Origin: Welwitschia mirabilis | Taxonomy: Eukaryota | Assembly: GCA_051453625.1 (NCBI GenBank) | Contig: JBOZIK010000001.1 | Coordinates: 10,083,351 to 10,147,350, forward strand | DNA length: 64,000 nt | Reading direction: 5' to 3' | Part shown: positions 1 to 13,319 of the stretch, one piece after another | Layout of the letters: every line of letters begins with the position of its first letter | Numbering within the stretch: position 1 is the first letter of the stretch | Translations under genes and position numbers: made by a program | The notes under the pieces: model-generated | Databases searched by the model: none | Seen by the model: only the letters and a program-made list of their open reading frames with translations | What the model was told of the DNA's origin: nothing

Positions 1-249
1 CATCATCTTCTTACAAGTTAATCATAAGGGTTACTTTTTAGTTAAATGAGAGTTATCATTATAAATTTCATAATTTGAAGTTGAGTTTTCATTATTTACT
101 ACTTTTGCAGCAACTATCATTTGTGTATACTTCTCTAAAGTAGTAGTAAAATCTTTCATCAAGTTGTTTTAGTCCACTCTTTCTTTTTTCTTATCATGTA
201 TAACCTCTTTTAAATCTTTTACGATTTGGCCTATAGTTTTATTTTCTTT

Positions 250-790
250 AGTGGATTTAGTCCAATTTTGACTTATTTTTACAAGGTTTGCTAACACACT
301 CCAAACTTCTTCTAAGACCAAGTTCAATAAGTTGCCTTCATAAGAAAAGTCTATAAGTTATTTAGTTTGAGAATGCAATCCACTATAAAAATAATCAACT
401 AGCTCTTATTTATAAAATTCATCAATAGGATTGGAATGTCTAGCTATAATAAAATGTTCATAAGCTATTGCATAATCCTCATGAGGTTGTTGTTGAAAAT
501 TGATTACCTTCTTTCTTTTTTTCTCATAGAACTTTCATTTAAAAATCATTTAATAAATACTTCTTATACTTGACTCCAATATTTAAGACTTTTATGTAGA
601 ATAGTTTTAAGCCAAATTTTTTCTCTTTCTCTAAGTGTAACTAGAAATATAATCATGTAGGTATAGTCGCTAATATGTTTCTTTTCATTTCCCAAGGTAA
701 GCACAAGTTATTCAATGTTAGCTAAATGTTGGAAAGGGTCTTCCTCAGCTTACCTCAAAAAAGTTAAATGTGCACTTAAATATATTAATT
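250..790 (-). mobile_element. Degenerate Athila/Tat-type Ty3/Gypsy gag (Retrotrans_gag) remnant
   Basis: Minus-strand translation with stops and frameshifts gives EEDPFQHLANIE...IWLKTILHKSLKYWSQV*EVFIK*F...INFQQQPHEDYAIAYEHF...DYFYSGL...LIDFSYEGNLL...SQNW. This follows the Athila gag pattern (EDP..HL..F; W..L...F; F.Q...E.L.EAWERF; FYNGL; D.AAGG). Confidence 0.75.
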
Positions 791-2779
791 CTACATCACC
801 TTTAGGAGGTAAATAAAAGGCATTTTGAATTTCACATTTTCTATTGGCAATTAAATCTCTAAGAGTAATGTTTGCATTTGAGGAAGAAGTTTCTATTACA
901 ATTAGGGTATTAGACGAAGCAACTTGCTTTTGTTTTTATGATTATTTTGATACATTTGACATATTTAAAGAAGAAATAACATGATCTACTTTTATAATAT
1001 AATTTTATTTTGTAAAATCTAATTTTAAAATAGAAAAATAAAAAAAATATTCTTTTTAAATTCTAGGAATTTGCGTACCTAGAATGTACATAACTGGATT
1101 TAGCTCCAAGTCAAATAATTCTTTTCTAATGTTTTCTTCACTCAAGTTCCACTCTCTCTGATATTTTGTCTTCCTACTAGAATTCACCATTTCCCTATAT
1201 GCTCAGATAGTAAACAAAAAACCAAAATAAAATATAATAGACTATCATCCACTTGGTTATGGGGATGACATGGAGGATGATGATCATAGTAGCAGAAAAC
1301 CGAAACTCAGAAAAAATTACCAAAAGCAGAAAACTAGACTATCATCTAGGCTATCATGAGGATGACAAAGAAGACAACAGTAACTTTATTATCGAACTAT
1401 GAATAGACAAAAAATTGCAATAATAATGGTGGAGATAACATCTCTTCAATATTTGTTGAATAGAAATTAAACTAATAGTAACTCTTTATAATAGAAGTAG
1501 AAGTAAGAAATCATTAGCTTCTCTTAATTTAAGATGTAGCTATAAAACTAGATGGTGTAGCTATGAAATTAGATGCAACTATGACAATCTTACATAAGTA
1601 TAGATGTTGTAACCTATACATAGATATTCCTATTCATGTTAGTTTCTTTCTAAAAGAACTTCTATGAAAGATACTTTTATTATCTTATTACCATTGTGAT
1701 ATGATTATCAGTGTTTATCTTTTCCTGTCTTTTCAATACTATAATTTTAGTAATATGCAAAGGAATTTACATTAATTTAGATTAAAAATAAAAAATCCAT
1801 AACCTCTTAGCTATGAACATAACCCTTTAGTTATAAAGAGGGTTTATCTCATCTAAATACATACCTAATATTAAATTATGTGATTAAATTTTTATCCTTC
1901 TCTCTTGATGGTATTGGAGCTCTTACATCATTGATACCACTTTAGTGATCATAAGTATTAAATGACATTTCTCCTTATGTAACCACATGTGCACATTATT
2001 CCAACTAAATGGATATGATCATTTTATTTCTTTTATTTCTTTATATTCTTGTCCTTTATCAAAAAAATAGTTTTGCCCATATCACATTCACAATAAGACA
2101 TAAGAATAATAAAAATAACATAAAAGGAGCATATTTCATAAAAGATCTTAGGAAATATATCCTTTAAAAAAATAAGAAAGAAGAAGAATTCCATTGAAAA
2201 TGCTTCTTGTATTTAAAAAAGGGGAAAAGATTAAGTTATGAAGAATGGTCCATATAATTTTAAAAACAACAACTTGTTAGAGATAAAAAAGATAATGCTT
2301 CAAAAAAAGAAAAACATGAAATTAAAATCAAATAAAAAAGCAGAAGATGAAGTATCATTAAAAAATATAAAATACAACATAAGCATGATAATGTAATTAA
2401 TAATCCTATGGGTTATGAATTAATTCTAGATAAATTCTTCCTAGAGAAGAAACTTAAAGATTATAATTCTACTACCAATAATAATAATAATTTTGTTTTT
2501 TAATCAATTGATTTTTAATGTTTTAAAAATTCAATTAGCAAGAAATGTTTTTTTATAATGCTAAAACTTATTAATTGTGATTTTTATTTAGCTACTTTAA
2601 AATAAGATCATTCAGATACAAGCATTAAAACAAGTACTACTAAGATAAATGATTAAAATGTAATAATAAATGATGTACTTCATATTCTAAATGTTTAAAA
2701 TATATATTTTTAATAATATGGTTACTAGATTTTTTCCACAAAATTACAATGGACTAGACTAATGGTAAACCTTAATGTG

Positions 2780-4666
2780 AGATTTTAAGTAATGATAATA
2801 ATGAATGTTTGGCTCTTTATGTAAATAAACATGGTGTATTTGAATTTTTAGCACTTAAATATAGTCCCTTCATGTAGTTATATATTGATGTCAAACTATG
2901 TTATTAAAGACTTGGTCATATAAATATCATATATTTATCTCAAATCCTCCATAAGTATCACTAAATTTGTAATTATATTTGAAAATTTTATTAAAAAAGA
3001 AAACAAATATTAGGGTGATAGTACCAAAATTTATAAAAATAAGAAGCAATTAGATCATTAAAATTGATACATGATGTTAATTAAGATACTAAGGTAACTT
3101 TAAAGGATGACAATAGTTTGTATGTACTTCTTATAAATGATTTCATTATAATGTATGGATTTATCCCATGATGCATAAGAGCCAAGTGTTAAAATTATTC
3201 ATGAAATTCTAGAAACGTTTTTAGGATAAAGAAGGAATACAAATAGCTAAGATATAGATTGATAATAAATAATATTATGTATTAAAGTTTTTAAATAAAT
3301 AATAGCAAATAAAATATAAAAGAATAACATTAAGCTCCACATTCTCCATTTTAGAATGCTTGATAAAAAGAAATAAAAATAATTTAAATTAACTAATAAA
3401 GAATATTATAACACATAAAGTTAGAAGCAAAATGATGGAGGGATATTATAGTCATCTTTGTTTACATAATTAATGGATTCTCGAAAAAAAAAAGAAAAAA
3501 GAAAAAATGAAGTTTGTTTGTAATTAAAACATGTGATAAAACATGAAGTTAATTACTTGAGAACATTTGAATGTTGGGCATGTTTTCAAATCCATCATAG
3601 ATTTTAAGTACAAGGAAAATTTCAAGGTTGGAATTTTCATTTGCTATGTAGATCATAACAAGGCATATATGTTTTAAGTTTCCATAAAGAATGAGGATAG
3701 TTGTGACTTGAAACATGAATATTCAATGAAATAAGATGTTATAATAACACAACTAGGAAGTTGAGTTACACAAAAAAAAAAAAAAAAAGGATTAGTGAAA
3801 TAAAAATGACATCATAAGTAGCAATCCTATTATCAAAGAATAAGAATTTCATGAAAAACAAATTGACACAGCATCTAATTTTTACATTGTTACCTATGAA
3901 AATAAGATAATAAAAAAAGAAGCTAAAATGTTAGTAAGAGATGTAGGTAAAAATTTCATTAAAAATATTAGTAAAGGGATTGAAAGTATTAATGAAGGAA
4001 TTACTACAAGAAGATAAGTATAAAAAATATTATGATATAATGTATTATATTCATAACATGATTAGAAACTCCAAATCCATAATTAGTTCTTTCTCTATAG
4101 AAGAATTAAAAAAAATATGAATAGAGAATATGAAATGTTGATTAAAAGAGAAATTCTAAGAAGTAGGCTTTATACTTAAAAATAATAAAATTATTGGTTT
4201 TAGATGGATATTCGCTATAAAATTTAACAAATTTCAAAACCAAAGGAATATAAGAATAGCATAGTTACATAAGAATTGTTTCAAGTTCTTAGAATAAACT
4301 ATAAAAAGATATTTTTTTATATTATGATAATTCTTTCTAGAAGATCCATCATCAATATAGTAACTATATAAAACTATGAATTTTTTTCAAGTTGATATAA
4401 AATTATCATTTTTGTATAAAAATATAAAAAGAAAATCTTATATGAAATTTCTTAAGTGTTTTCGTACTAAAAGTAAAGATAAAAAGAATTCAATCTTAAT
4501 TGAAAAAATAAAAAGTTCTGATATGACCTCAAACAAACTACAAGAATCTAGTATTAATGCATAAATACATTTCTTATTAAGATTGGATTTAAGAAATATT
4601 CCTTTGATTCTAAATTATTTATCTTTACAAAATTACATGTACAAAAAGTATTTCTATATTTACATG
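2780..4666 (+). mobile_element. Degenerate Ty1/Copia pol (GAG-pre-integrase, integrase, start of RT), ending at the Athila insertion
   Basis: Decayed motifs occur in Copia order: RLGHIN (~2910), VWIYPMMHKSQV (~3150), APHSPF*N (~3335), LRTFEC (~3560), KIIGFRWIFAIK (~4190), FQVDIK (~4385) and YDLKQ (~4520). Integrase precedes RT. Confidence 0.75.
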
Positions 4667-6576
4667 TATTGACATGCCAAAACTAACATTTTAAGCAAGT
4701 ATAATTAATCAATTTAGCATAGGGAAAGACATTTAATTCATTAATTTATCATAAAAGGATGTTTTTTTCCCTTTTTATCATTTTTTCATGAATATATAAA
4801 CTTTCCCCTAACATTAGCAGCATTGTTGCTAACTTCTAAAGAACTGTGCAAAATCTTAAATAATTTCAACACTAAACATTAGTGTCGCTAGTCAAGACTA
4901 CTAGCATCATCGTCCTGCTAAAAAGAAATTGCATCAATCTTGCATTTTTATCATGATTTGGAAAGTTCATCACATTATGATTATTGGTTAAGTCAGAGGT
5001 TAATCTGAAGTAAACCTCAAACTTAGACGATACATGGTAGAAGTACAAATCAATATGTCATAGTGACATGTGGCATAATAATTATAATCATGAGAAAGAT
5101 ACATGACATAACATCCATTGGCACCATCACCAGTAATCAAAGGACACATCATCGTCATGTTTGCATAAATAGATAAAGAATCTTTTCTTATGACTACATT
5201 TCAAACATATGTGTAATTCCCTTCTTAAGTAAGCCCCCTTATGTAACTGCCACCTAACACAATTATGACTTAGACTTTAACTCTTTTCCCATTTATAAAA
5301 TGGCCTTGAGTACCCATTATAATGGATCTTTTTGGTTGGCTTAATGTGGGAAACACTTGGAGGCTAGTACATCATCATTCTCTAAAAGTTTTTCTTGGGA
5401 GTAGAATAATTTAAGGCTAGTTGAGAAGTCTTTCTTTTTTATCCTTCTACAATGGTGTAATGTATATTTCTTTGAGTGTTAATATAATAATTCATTTGAA
5501 TCCTTTCATTTTTATCAGATATTTCAATTGGAATTAGCAATATTTAAGTAGAATTAGTTTTTTAATAGGTTTCATTCTTTTATTATTAATTCATAGAAAC
5601 AGGTATTAGCAATCTTAAGGTAAAACTTATTTAATTATTAAGTTCTTTCGAATCATGTAAGTTATTTGAGGTTAATTTGATAAGTTTATACTTCTTAATA
5701 TTTGATAGATATTGTGAACTTTGATTCATACTTTCTATGCTTATAAAGGGCTATGAAGTATCAAGAGGATTGGATAACTCACTAACACTCATGTGGTGGA
5801 TGAGATTATGCCTTAATGCCGAGATTNNNNNNNNNNNNNNNNNNNNNNNNNNNNNNNNNNNNNNNNNNNNNNNNNNNNNNNNNNNNNNNNNNNNNNNNNN
5901 NNNNNNNNNNNNNNNNNNNNNNNNNNNNNNNNNNNNNNNNNNNNNNNNNNNNNNNNNNNNNNNNNNNNNNNNNNNNNNNNNNNNNNNNNNNNNNNNNNNN
6001 NNNNNNNNNNNNNNNNNNNNNNNNNNNNNNNNNNNNNNNNNNNNNNNNNNNNNNNNNNNNNNNNNNNNNNNNNNNNNNNNNNNNNNNNNNNNNNNNNNNN
6101 NNNNNNNNNNNNNNNNNNNNNNNNNNNNNNNNNNNNNNNNNNNNNNNNNNNNNNNNNNNNNNNNNNNNNNNNNNNNNNNNNNNNNNNNNNNNNNNNNNNN
6201 NNNNNNNNNNNNNNNNNNNNNNNNNNNNNNNNNNNNNNNNNNNNNNNNNNNNNNNNNNNNNNNNNNNNNNNNNNNNNNNNNCCATGTCAAACCTGAATGA
6301 CTTAATAATTTACTCTATGTTTTAGGATATGTGGATCATTTGAGCAAAGGTGGAGAGTTGGGTGAATCAATTAGACCCTTAAAGAATTTTCATTTCCTTA
6401 CATCATTAACCAAAGATTACTTTTATTGCAAACTCTACTTTTCTATTTTATTAGATTTTTCATTATGAGTTAGAATAATTGTATTTCTCTTATAAAAATT
6501 ACCATATATATCCTTATGGAAGAATAATTTTTAGTGTAAAATTAAGTAAACTCAAATCACTATAAAGCTATGAACA
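4667..6576 (+). repeat. 5' LTR of Athila-type element (contains an N gap)
   Basis: Colinear with 11975-13319 (e.g. aacattttaagcaagtataattaat; gcttataaagggctatgaagtat; aaaattacca.atatatcctt.tggaagaat). Ends ...gctatgaaca. Confidence 0.85.
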
Positions 6577-6581
6577 AATTT

Positions 6582-6599
6582 TGATGTCATTGCCAAGGA
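6582..6599 (+). promoter_or_regulatory. Primer-binding site, Athila type (decayed TGGCGCCGTTGCCGGGGA)
   Basis: tgatgtcattgccaagga lies just after the LTR end; every difference from the consensus is C->T or G->A. Confidence 0.75.
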
Positions 6600-9500
6600 T
6601 ATATTGGCANNNNNNNNNNTTTTTAATAATGAATGATTTTCTTCTTGCAATTTTTTAGTTAATTTTTATTTTTCCATTGGTGGATACTAATCCATTTCTA
6701 GTGATATCTAAAATAGTTCTCTTTTCTTTTTGTTGTGTGTTTTCCTTTTCTTCTAGTGGCATGTATTAGTCTATTTCTAGTAAAACTTAAACTGGTCCAA
6801 AATTGTTGAGTTTGGTTTTCCAATCTAATGTTTGATATTTCATTTTTTATATTCGATATTTCATATTGTAGGTCTAATGACTTTTCTTTATATGCACCCA
6901 CACCTAAAATTATGAATAAAAACTAAATGAAACTCTAATAGTTTATTTTGCATATTTTGTTTTCTATACAATTTTATAATTTTTCATTCTATAAGTTTTT
7001 ATTTTTATTCTATAAATTCTATTGAAAATTAAAAACATTATGTTTATTTTTCTAGACTGTAAATCTTTAAGTTACAGTCATTTCAGGTTTCGACTAAATT
7101 TTTTCCTAACTCTGTAGCCTAAAACCTTTTATGTAAACTCCATGAACACTCTCTCTTTTTTTCAATTTCTTTTTCTTCATGAGACTAATAGTATCACCTT
7201 ATCTGACTGGAACCATTGGATTTCTTGCTTTAAAACCTCCACAACTTTCATAGAGACCATGTCTCAGCTCATTAAAACTGTTTTTCTTGCAAGCCTTCTT
7301 AAAAGTTAAGAAAACTATAGAAAATGTAAACTCTCAATCCAAACCATAAACCATTTTTGTAAACTTAAAATCATGATTTAGGCTTCTAATCTATTTTGAA
7401 CACCTTTTAATTTGAGACATGTCTATCCCTGTAGTTTTTAGAATCGTGAACAACCAAAATTCACTACATGAGATATTATCTGATCTAGATAGACCTTTGA
7501 AGATTATCCTCAACTCTGTCTATACATTAATCAACCTCCTCATAGCTATGAATTTTAAAATTAGTATATTTATCCATAGGATTTTGATCACCTGCCTTCC
7601 ACCACCTCTTAAAATCCATATCTATTAACCTTATATTCATCATCCTTTGATCCTTACCCTTCATTTCCTTTTCAATACCCTTTATCATTTGATCAATACT
7701 CATCATCTTCACTTGTCCAACATACCTCCTCACCTTCTTTTGAGGATACTCTTCAAAGATTTTTATAAGGTAAATTTGAATCTTATTCCAATACACTTTA
7801 AATTCATTCTTGATCTTTAGCAGAAACAACTAAGAAAACTAATGAAAATCTCAAGCAACTTCTTCAGCAAATGGTCAAAACTAATGATCAAATTTTAGGG
7901 CCCTTAATGAATAACAAGAAGAAGAAAATATTCCTATAATATATGAAATCATAATCCTAAAAAACTTCAAATAAATTAATAAGACTAGCATTAATGATAC
8001 CCAAATCATATCTCTTAGGAATGAGGAAGAATCCCATGAAAAAACCAATGAGGATGTGCAAGAAAACCTTCAGCGTAGGCACACATTAGAGAATGAATAA
8101 TAAGGTGCATTTAGACTATATTTTGGTGTAGGATTAGATACTTCTGATTATGATCAATCTATATTTAGTAAGTAATTATTTGAGGAAGATGAGAAATTAG
8201 AAATATTATACAATAGATGATGAATTAATAAGAGACATTAATGAAGTAGATAACCTTAAAGATGAATCCATCTTAGAACCTCAACCTTTATTTCCTATGC
8301 AATCCCATGAGAAAAAATCCTTTATCAACCTTAACAAAGAGGAAAACATTAACCAAGAGCCTTTTTATGACTCATCCTTTAAACAATCTTTTTCTCAACA
8401 ACATCTTAAACCAATTATGACACTTTCATCTTTAACTTTTGAGCAAGATTGGAATCTTAGTGATGAAGGTAAACCCTTTATGCCTTTGTAACCATCTTTT
8501 GATACATTTCTTAAATATTAATTATCTTTTTTCATGGTTTTCAATTCACCTTTTTCTTCACTCAAAAAAGATGTCTTTCATGAATTATTAAGTAAACAAA
8601 AATAGGTTAAGAAATGGAAAACCTTTGATTTTAAATGTATAAATTTTACTACTAATATTGATGTTCTTCCCATTTTTATGAATTTATTTATAAATATTTA
8701 TCAAGATTCTCTCTCATTCTTGAATGTGTTGTAAAATTTTAATTCATTATTCAAGTTTGGTATTCATCATTTTAATCCTTCATGTAAGCAATACCTTGGA
8801 AAGTCCCTTGAAAAATTTTTAATTCCTTTGTATGCTTTTAAGTTAAAGTTTTATTTTAGAAGATATTTTTCTTTTAGGATATATTTAGGCCTAAAAAATC
8901 AAAAATGTTAAAAGAAATTGCGCTTGATACCCTTTCATGTCTTAAATAGCCTAACCACTTCCACCTATATAATTACCATCATAAACATTTTTAATTAGGA
9001 AATCCAAAATGTCATCTACAACACCAAATAAACCATCAGCATATTAGATTTCATCTTCCACCATTTTTCATTTAGCTCTATTTAATAAAATCCACTAATC
9101 ACCCTCTTCTTCCATCTATTTATGAGTTCCTTAGATTAGGTGATTCTAGTTGATGGCCTTTAAAATGAAATAAACCATTAATAAGTAATAACTTTGTCAT
9201 AACAAACTAGCTATAATCTAAGTTTACTTGTAGTTTTTAAGAAAATGTTTTATTCATTTTTTAGTTAATTTACTAAGATTAGTTTTACTTAAGGTCTTCT
9301 AATGGAAAAATATGGTTGAACTAATGTGGAATCTACTTTCATATTAATTAAGTATTTTAGAAGCATTTTATGGGTACAAGACTTGTCTTGATTAGGCTAA
9401 TGAGCCAATGAATCTTTTATATGCATCAAAATATATTAAAAATGAAAAGGATAATTAAAATAAAATAAAATAAAATATCTCCTCTCTAAAAGTACATTAT

Positions 9501-10529
9501 TTATTAATAATTAATAATTAGGTTTAGTTAACTGCATAAGGGCTATGAACTCTTAATGGTAATGTAGCTCTAACAATTTAATTTATGACATGTTCAATTG
9601 CATTAGGGTTATATACGCTCACTGGTAATGTAGCACTAACTCCATTCATCAACATGCTTAATTCTATTGAAAGGAGAAGTCATAACACTATATTCCTAAC
9701 TAGATAAAAAATGCTCAAAACAAGGAATAAGACATGATTGTGAAAAAAGATAAATTGGATTAAAAATAATGGAATTAGGAGATTATTTTGTATTTACATT
9801 CTTTAATTATGTACTTGAAAATTTTCTTGACTAATTTTTATTAGTTGTATGTTCACTTAGAGGGTACCTTATTTTCTTGATTATGTAACACATTTTAAAA
9901 TTGAAATAAAATTTAAGAAATTTTTAATAATTATAACCATTAATTTAAAACATCTATCTTTTGGAATACGTGGATGTGTGAAGGATGTTTTTTCATTTAG
10001 TTTTATGTTTTTATTTTTCTTAAAAATGTAATTTTAACCATGATTTCTTAAAAGAAAAATACATCTTAAAAATACAATTGTGCCCTTTAGTATCAATCCA
10101 TGCCTCAATCTATGGATAATTCATCTTGATCATTGAATTGTTTAAATAATCCAATGGTTATTTCATCTGTCATCTATAAAAACTCCATTTTATCCTCCGT
10201 TTTTCACTGCCATACAACATGATTTTGCTATCTTATCTACACCTTTGTTACATCCTATCACTCAATAGTAGAATTACCAGCACTAGTATTAGTACGAACT
10301 AGCAGCACCATCATGTATTAGTAGTTTATGTTTAGCTCCCATGTACCCATCATGTTCATGTTTTTCCCTCCACTACACTCTTAGGATTTGCTATCTGTTT
10401 TACAGGTTTCTTATTATATTTAATCTTCCATTAAATTTTCTTCTTAAATCATGTTTTCATGCCATTTTAATTTTTATCCTTCATTTTCTTCATCTTAACT
10501 CTATCATCAATTTTTTTATCTATAATTTT

Positions 10530-11200
10530 TAGTCAGAGACAAGGTGCCTTCATTAAAGAAGGTATTTTTAGCTAGTTTCTAGACATGTATGCCCCATTGT
10601 ACCTTGTTCAAACTAAGATATGAGGGTGGAATTACTTGGTAAAGGAAGAAAATGAATTCTAGTATCCAAAGCAAGTTCTGGAATTCTACAAGAATGTGTC
10701 ATATGATGATGAATAGCCTTGGGTCATCAATATTTTTCTAGGTGTAGAGCATCTGACCATCTCCCCTATCTTTTAGTAAAACCTTTACTATATTGTTATT
10801 AAGCTTTGAATATGGAGTATGTCTCTAATAGAAAAGGCTCTTTACCTTATAATTTTTTACATAAGAAACAGCTTGCATTGTTTAGATTTATCATTCAAAA
10901 TGTATCACCTATTTTTCATGTTACAAATATTTATGTTAGTTATTTATATTTCATAAGAATCATCCAGGATAAGAAATCCTTTAACATAGCCAAGTGTCTG
11001 TTTATGAGAGTTAATAATCATGTAGGTAATAAAAGTAACCTTTCTCTATCATGCCTCATTTCTAATATCTTGTGTAATGCCCTATATCAAACATTAGATT
11101 ATGAAAGTTGGGAGTAAGCCTAGATAGAAACCATTACACCCAAAAGATCACCTAAGTTTAAAAGTTCTAAAATGAATATTGGATTCTAGGGGAACAATAG
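10530..11200 (+). pseudogene. Athila-type extra (env-like/'plant transposon protein') ORF remnant
   Basis: Translation gives GWNYLVKEENEF*YPKQVLEFYKNVSYDDE at ~10625-10715, matching the GW..L.....YP.LV.EFY.N motif of this ORF. It lies upstream of the 3' LTR. Confidence 0.6.
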
Positions 11201-11974
11201 GAACAATAATAGCATGAAGATCAAGAAGAACCACATCAAGTAGAAGAAGAAATCCATCATAATCCTTCTTCCATCTATTCTATTTCTCTCTATGTCACTC
11301 TGTATGTACCTTCAATAACTCATTGTAAAGGCAAGGATCTTATTGGAGAATCATCTCATTCACCTCCTTCTTCTTCTTTTCCTCCACCTCATACATTCCC
11401 TTCTTCCTTAAGACTTTCTTAGAGCATGTGTCCCACAAAAATAAAAGTTTAAGATAAAGAAAATAACACGAGCATAGAAGGGAATATACAAAAAGTTAGA
11501 GAACTTAGTTTCTCATAGGAGATCATTTAATTAGAATTTTATTTCAGTGTGACTTAGTGTAATGTTTTTAAATTCTTTCAAATTGTGATGTAATGTTTTG
11601 CATAGTATATTAGGAGTTTTCATTATGGTCTTCCCTAAAAATACTTGCATCAAAAATCATTTTCTAGTCTTGTATGCAAAGCATGTAATATACAAATATT
11701 TTTAATGATTTAAAACTATTCTTAAATATTTTTATTTAATTTTTCAATATTTTGTAACTTCGAGGACAAAGTTTGACTTTGGTTAGAAAGTATGGCATCT
11801 ATTTTTACTGAATTTTTCAATTTTGATGCCTTACGAGTTGAAAATTGATTTATAAAATTTTCAAAAATGAAACTTTTCTATACTTGAACATTTTTACTTA
11901 CTTAATTTTTCTATGTTTCTTATGTCTTTATTGACTTTTTACTAAGATTCTAGTAAAAGTCTGGTTTGGAGGTG

Positions 11975-13319
11975 TGTTGACATGCTAGAATTAACATTTT
12001 AAGCAAGTATAATTAATTAATTTAGAATAGGGAAATACATTTAATTAATCTATTTATCATAAAATGATGTCTTTTACCCTTTTTATCAAATTTGCATAAA
12101 TATATGGACTTTTCCCTAATGTTAGTGGCATTGTTTCTAACTTCTAAAAAAATATGCAAAATCTTAAAGAACTTTAGAAGTTAATCCAAAGTAAACCTCA
12201 AGCTTCAATGACACATGATGAAAGTATAAATCAACATGTTGTAGCAACATGTGGCACAAGAAGGATAATCACAAGAAAGATACATGACATGACATCCATT
12301 GGCAGCATCATTAGTAGTTAAAGGAAATGTTATTACCATGTTTGCTTAAAGAGACAAAGAATATTTCCTTATGGCTATATGCCAAACATATTTGTAACTC
12401 ATTCCTTATGTAACCACCCTTAAGTAACCCCTTATGTAATCACCCTCTAATACAAGCCTGACCTAGACTCTAACCCGTTCCTCATCTATAAAAGGATCTT
12501 GGGTGCCTATTGTAATAAATATTTTTAGTTGGCTTAACATGGAAAATACTTAGAGGCTAGAACATCATGGTCCTATTTGATACTCTTACTTGGGGGCAGA
12601 ATGATTCAAGGCTAGTTGAGAAGTCTTTCTTCTTTACCATTCTCCAATGATGAAATATATATCTCTTACAATTTTAATATGAGAATTGGTTTAAACCTAT
12701 TCATTGTTATTACACATTTCAATTAGCATTAGCAATATTTAGGTAGAACTAATTCTTTAGTAGGTATAACTAATTCTTTAGTAGGCTTTATTCTTTTATT
12801 GATGCATATCAGTAGGTATTACCAATCTTTAAGTGAAACTTACCTAATTATCAAGTTATTTTAAATTGTGTAGTTATTTAAGGTTACTTTTATGAGTTTT
12901 TAGTTCTTGTTATTTAATGGATCTTATATACTTCAGTGCATACTTTTTGTGCTTATAAAGGGCTATGAAGTATTAAGAGGACTAGATAACTCGTCAACAC
13001 TCATGTGGTAGATGAGATTATGCCTTCAAGCTAAACCTTAATGACTTGTTAATTTAGTTTATATTTAAAAATACAAGAATCATTGGAGCAAAAATGGATA
13101 GTTGTGAAAATCAATGAGACCCTTAGTGCATTTTTATTCCCTTGTGTTGTCAATCAAAGATCACTTTTATTTGAAACATTGTTTTTTGTTTTGTTTTATT
13201 TTTTATTGTAAGTTATAATAATCATGTTTCTCTTATAAAAATTACCACATATATCCTTGTGGAAGAATGATTCTGAGTGTAAACTTAAATAAATCTAGAT
13301 TATTACAAAGCTACGATTA
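11975..13319 (+). repeat. 3' LTR of Athila-type element
   Basis: Starts TGTTGAC after ggtttggaggtg and ends ...gctacgatta; homologous to 4667-6576. Confidence 0.85.

Larger units (their letters stand above)
4667..13319 (+). mobile_element. Complete Athila-type LTR retrotransposon, apparently non-autonomous (no recognisable RT/RH/INT)
   Basis: Two homologous LTRs start tattgacatgcc (4667) and tgttgacatgct (11975). An Athila-like PBS follows the 5' LTR. Flanks are ACATG (4662-4666) and ACATC (13320-13324), a 4/5 TSD. Confidence 0.85.

Noticed and set aside
5737-6325. Long ORFs in the track here and at 53138-53785, 37530-38105 and 62762-63257
   Set aside because: They are open only because of N gaps or microsatellites.
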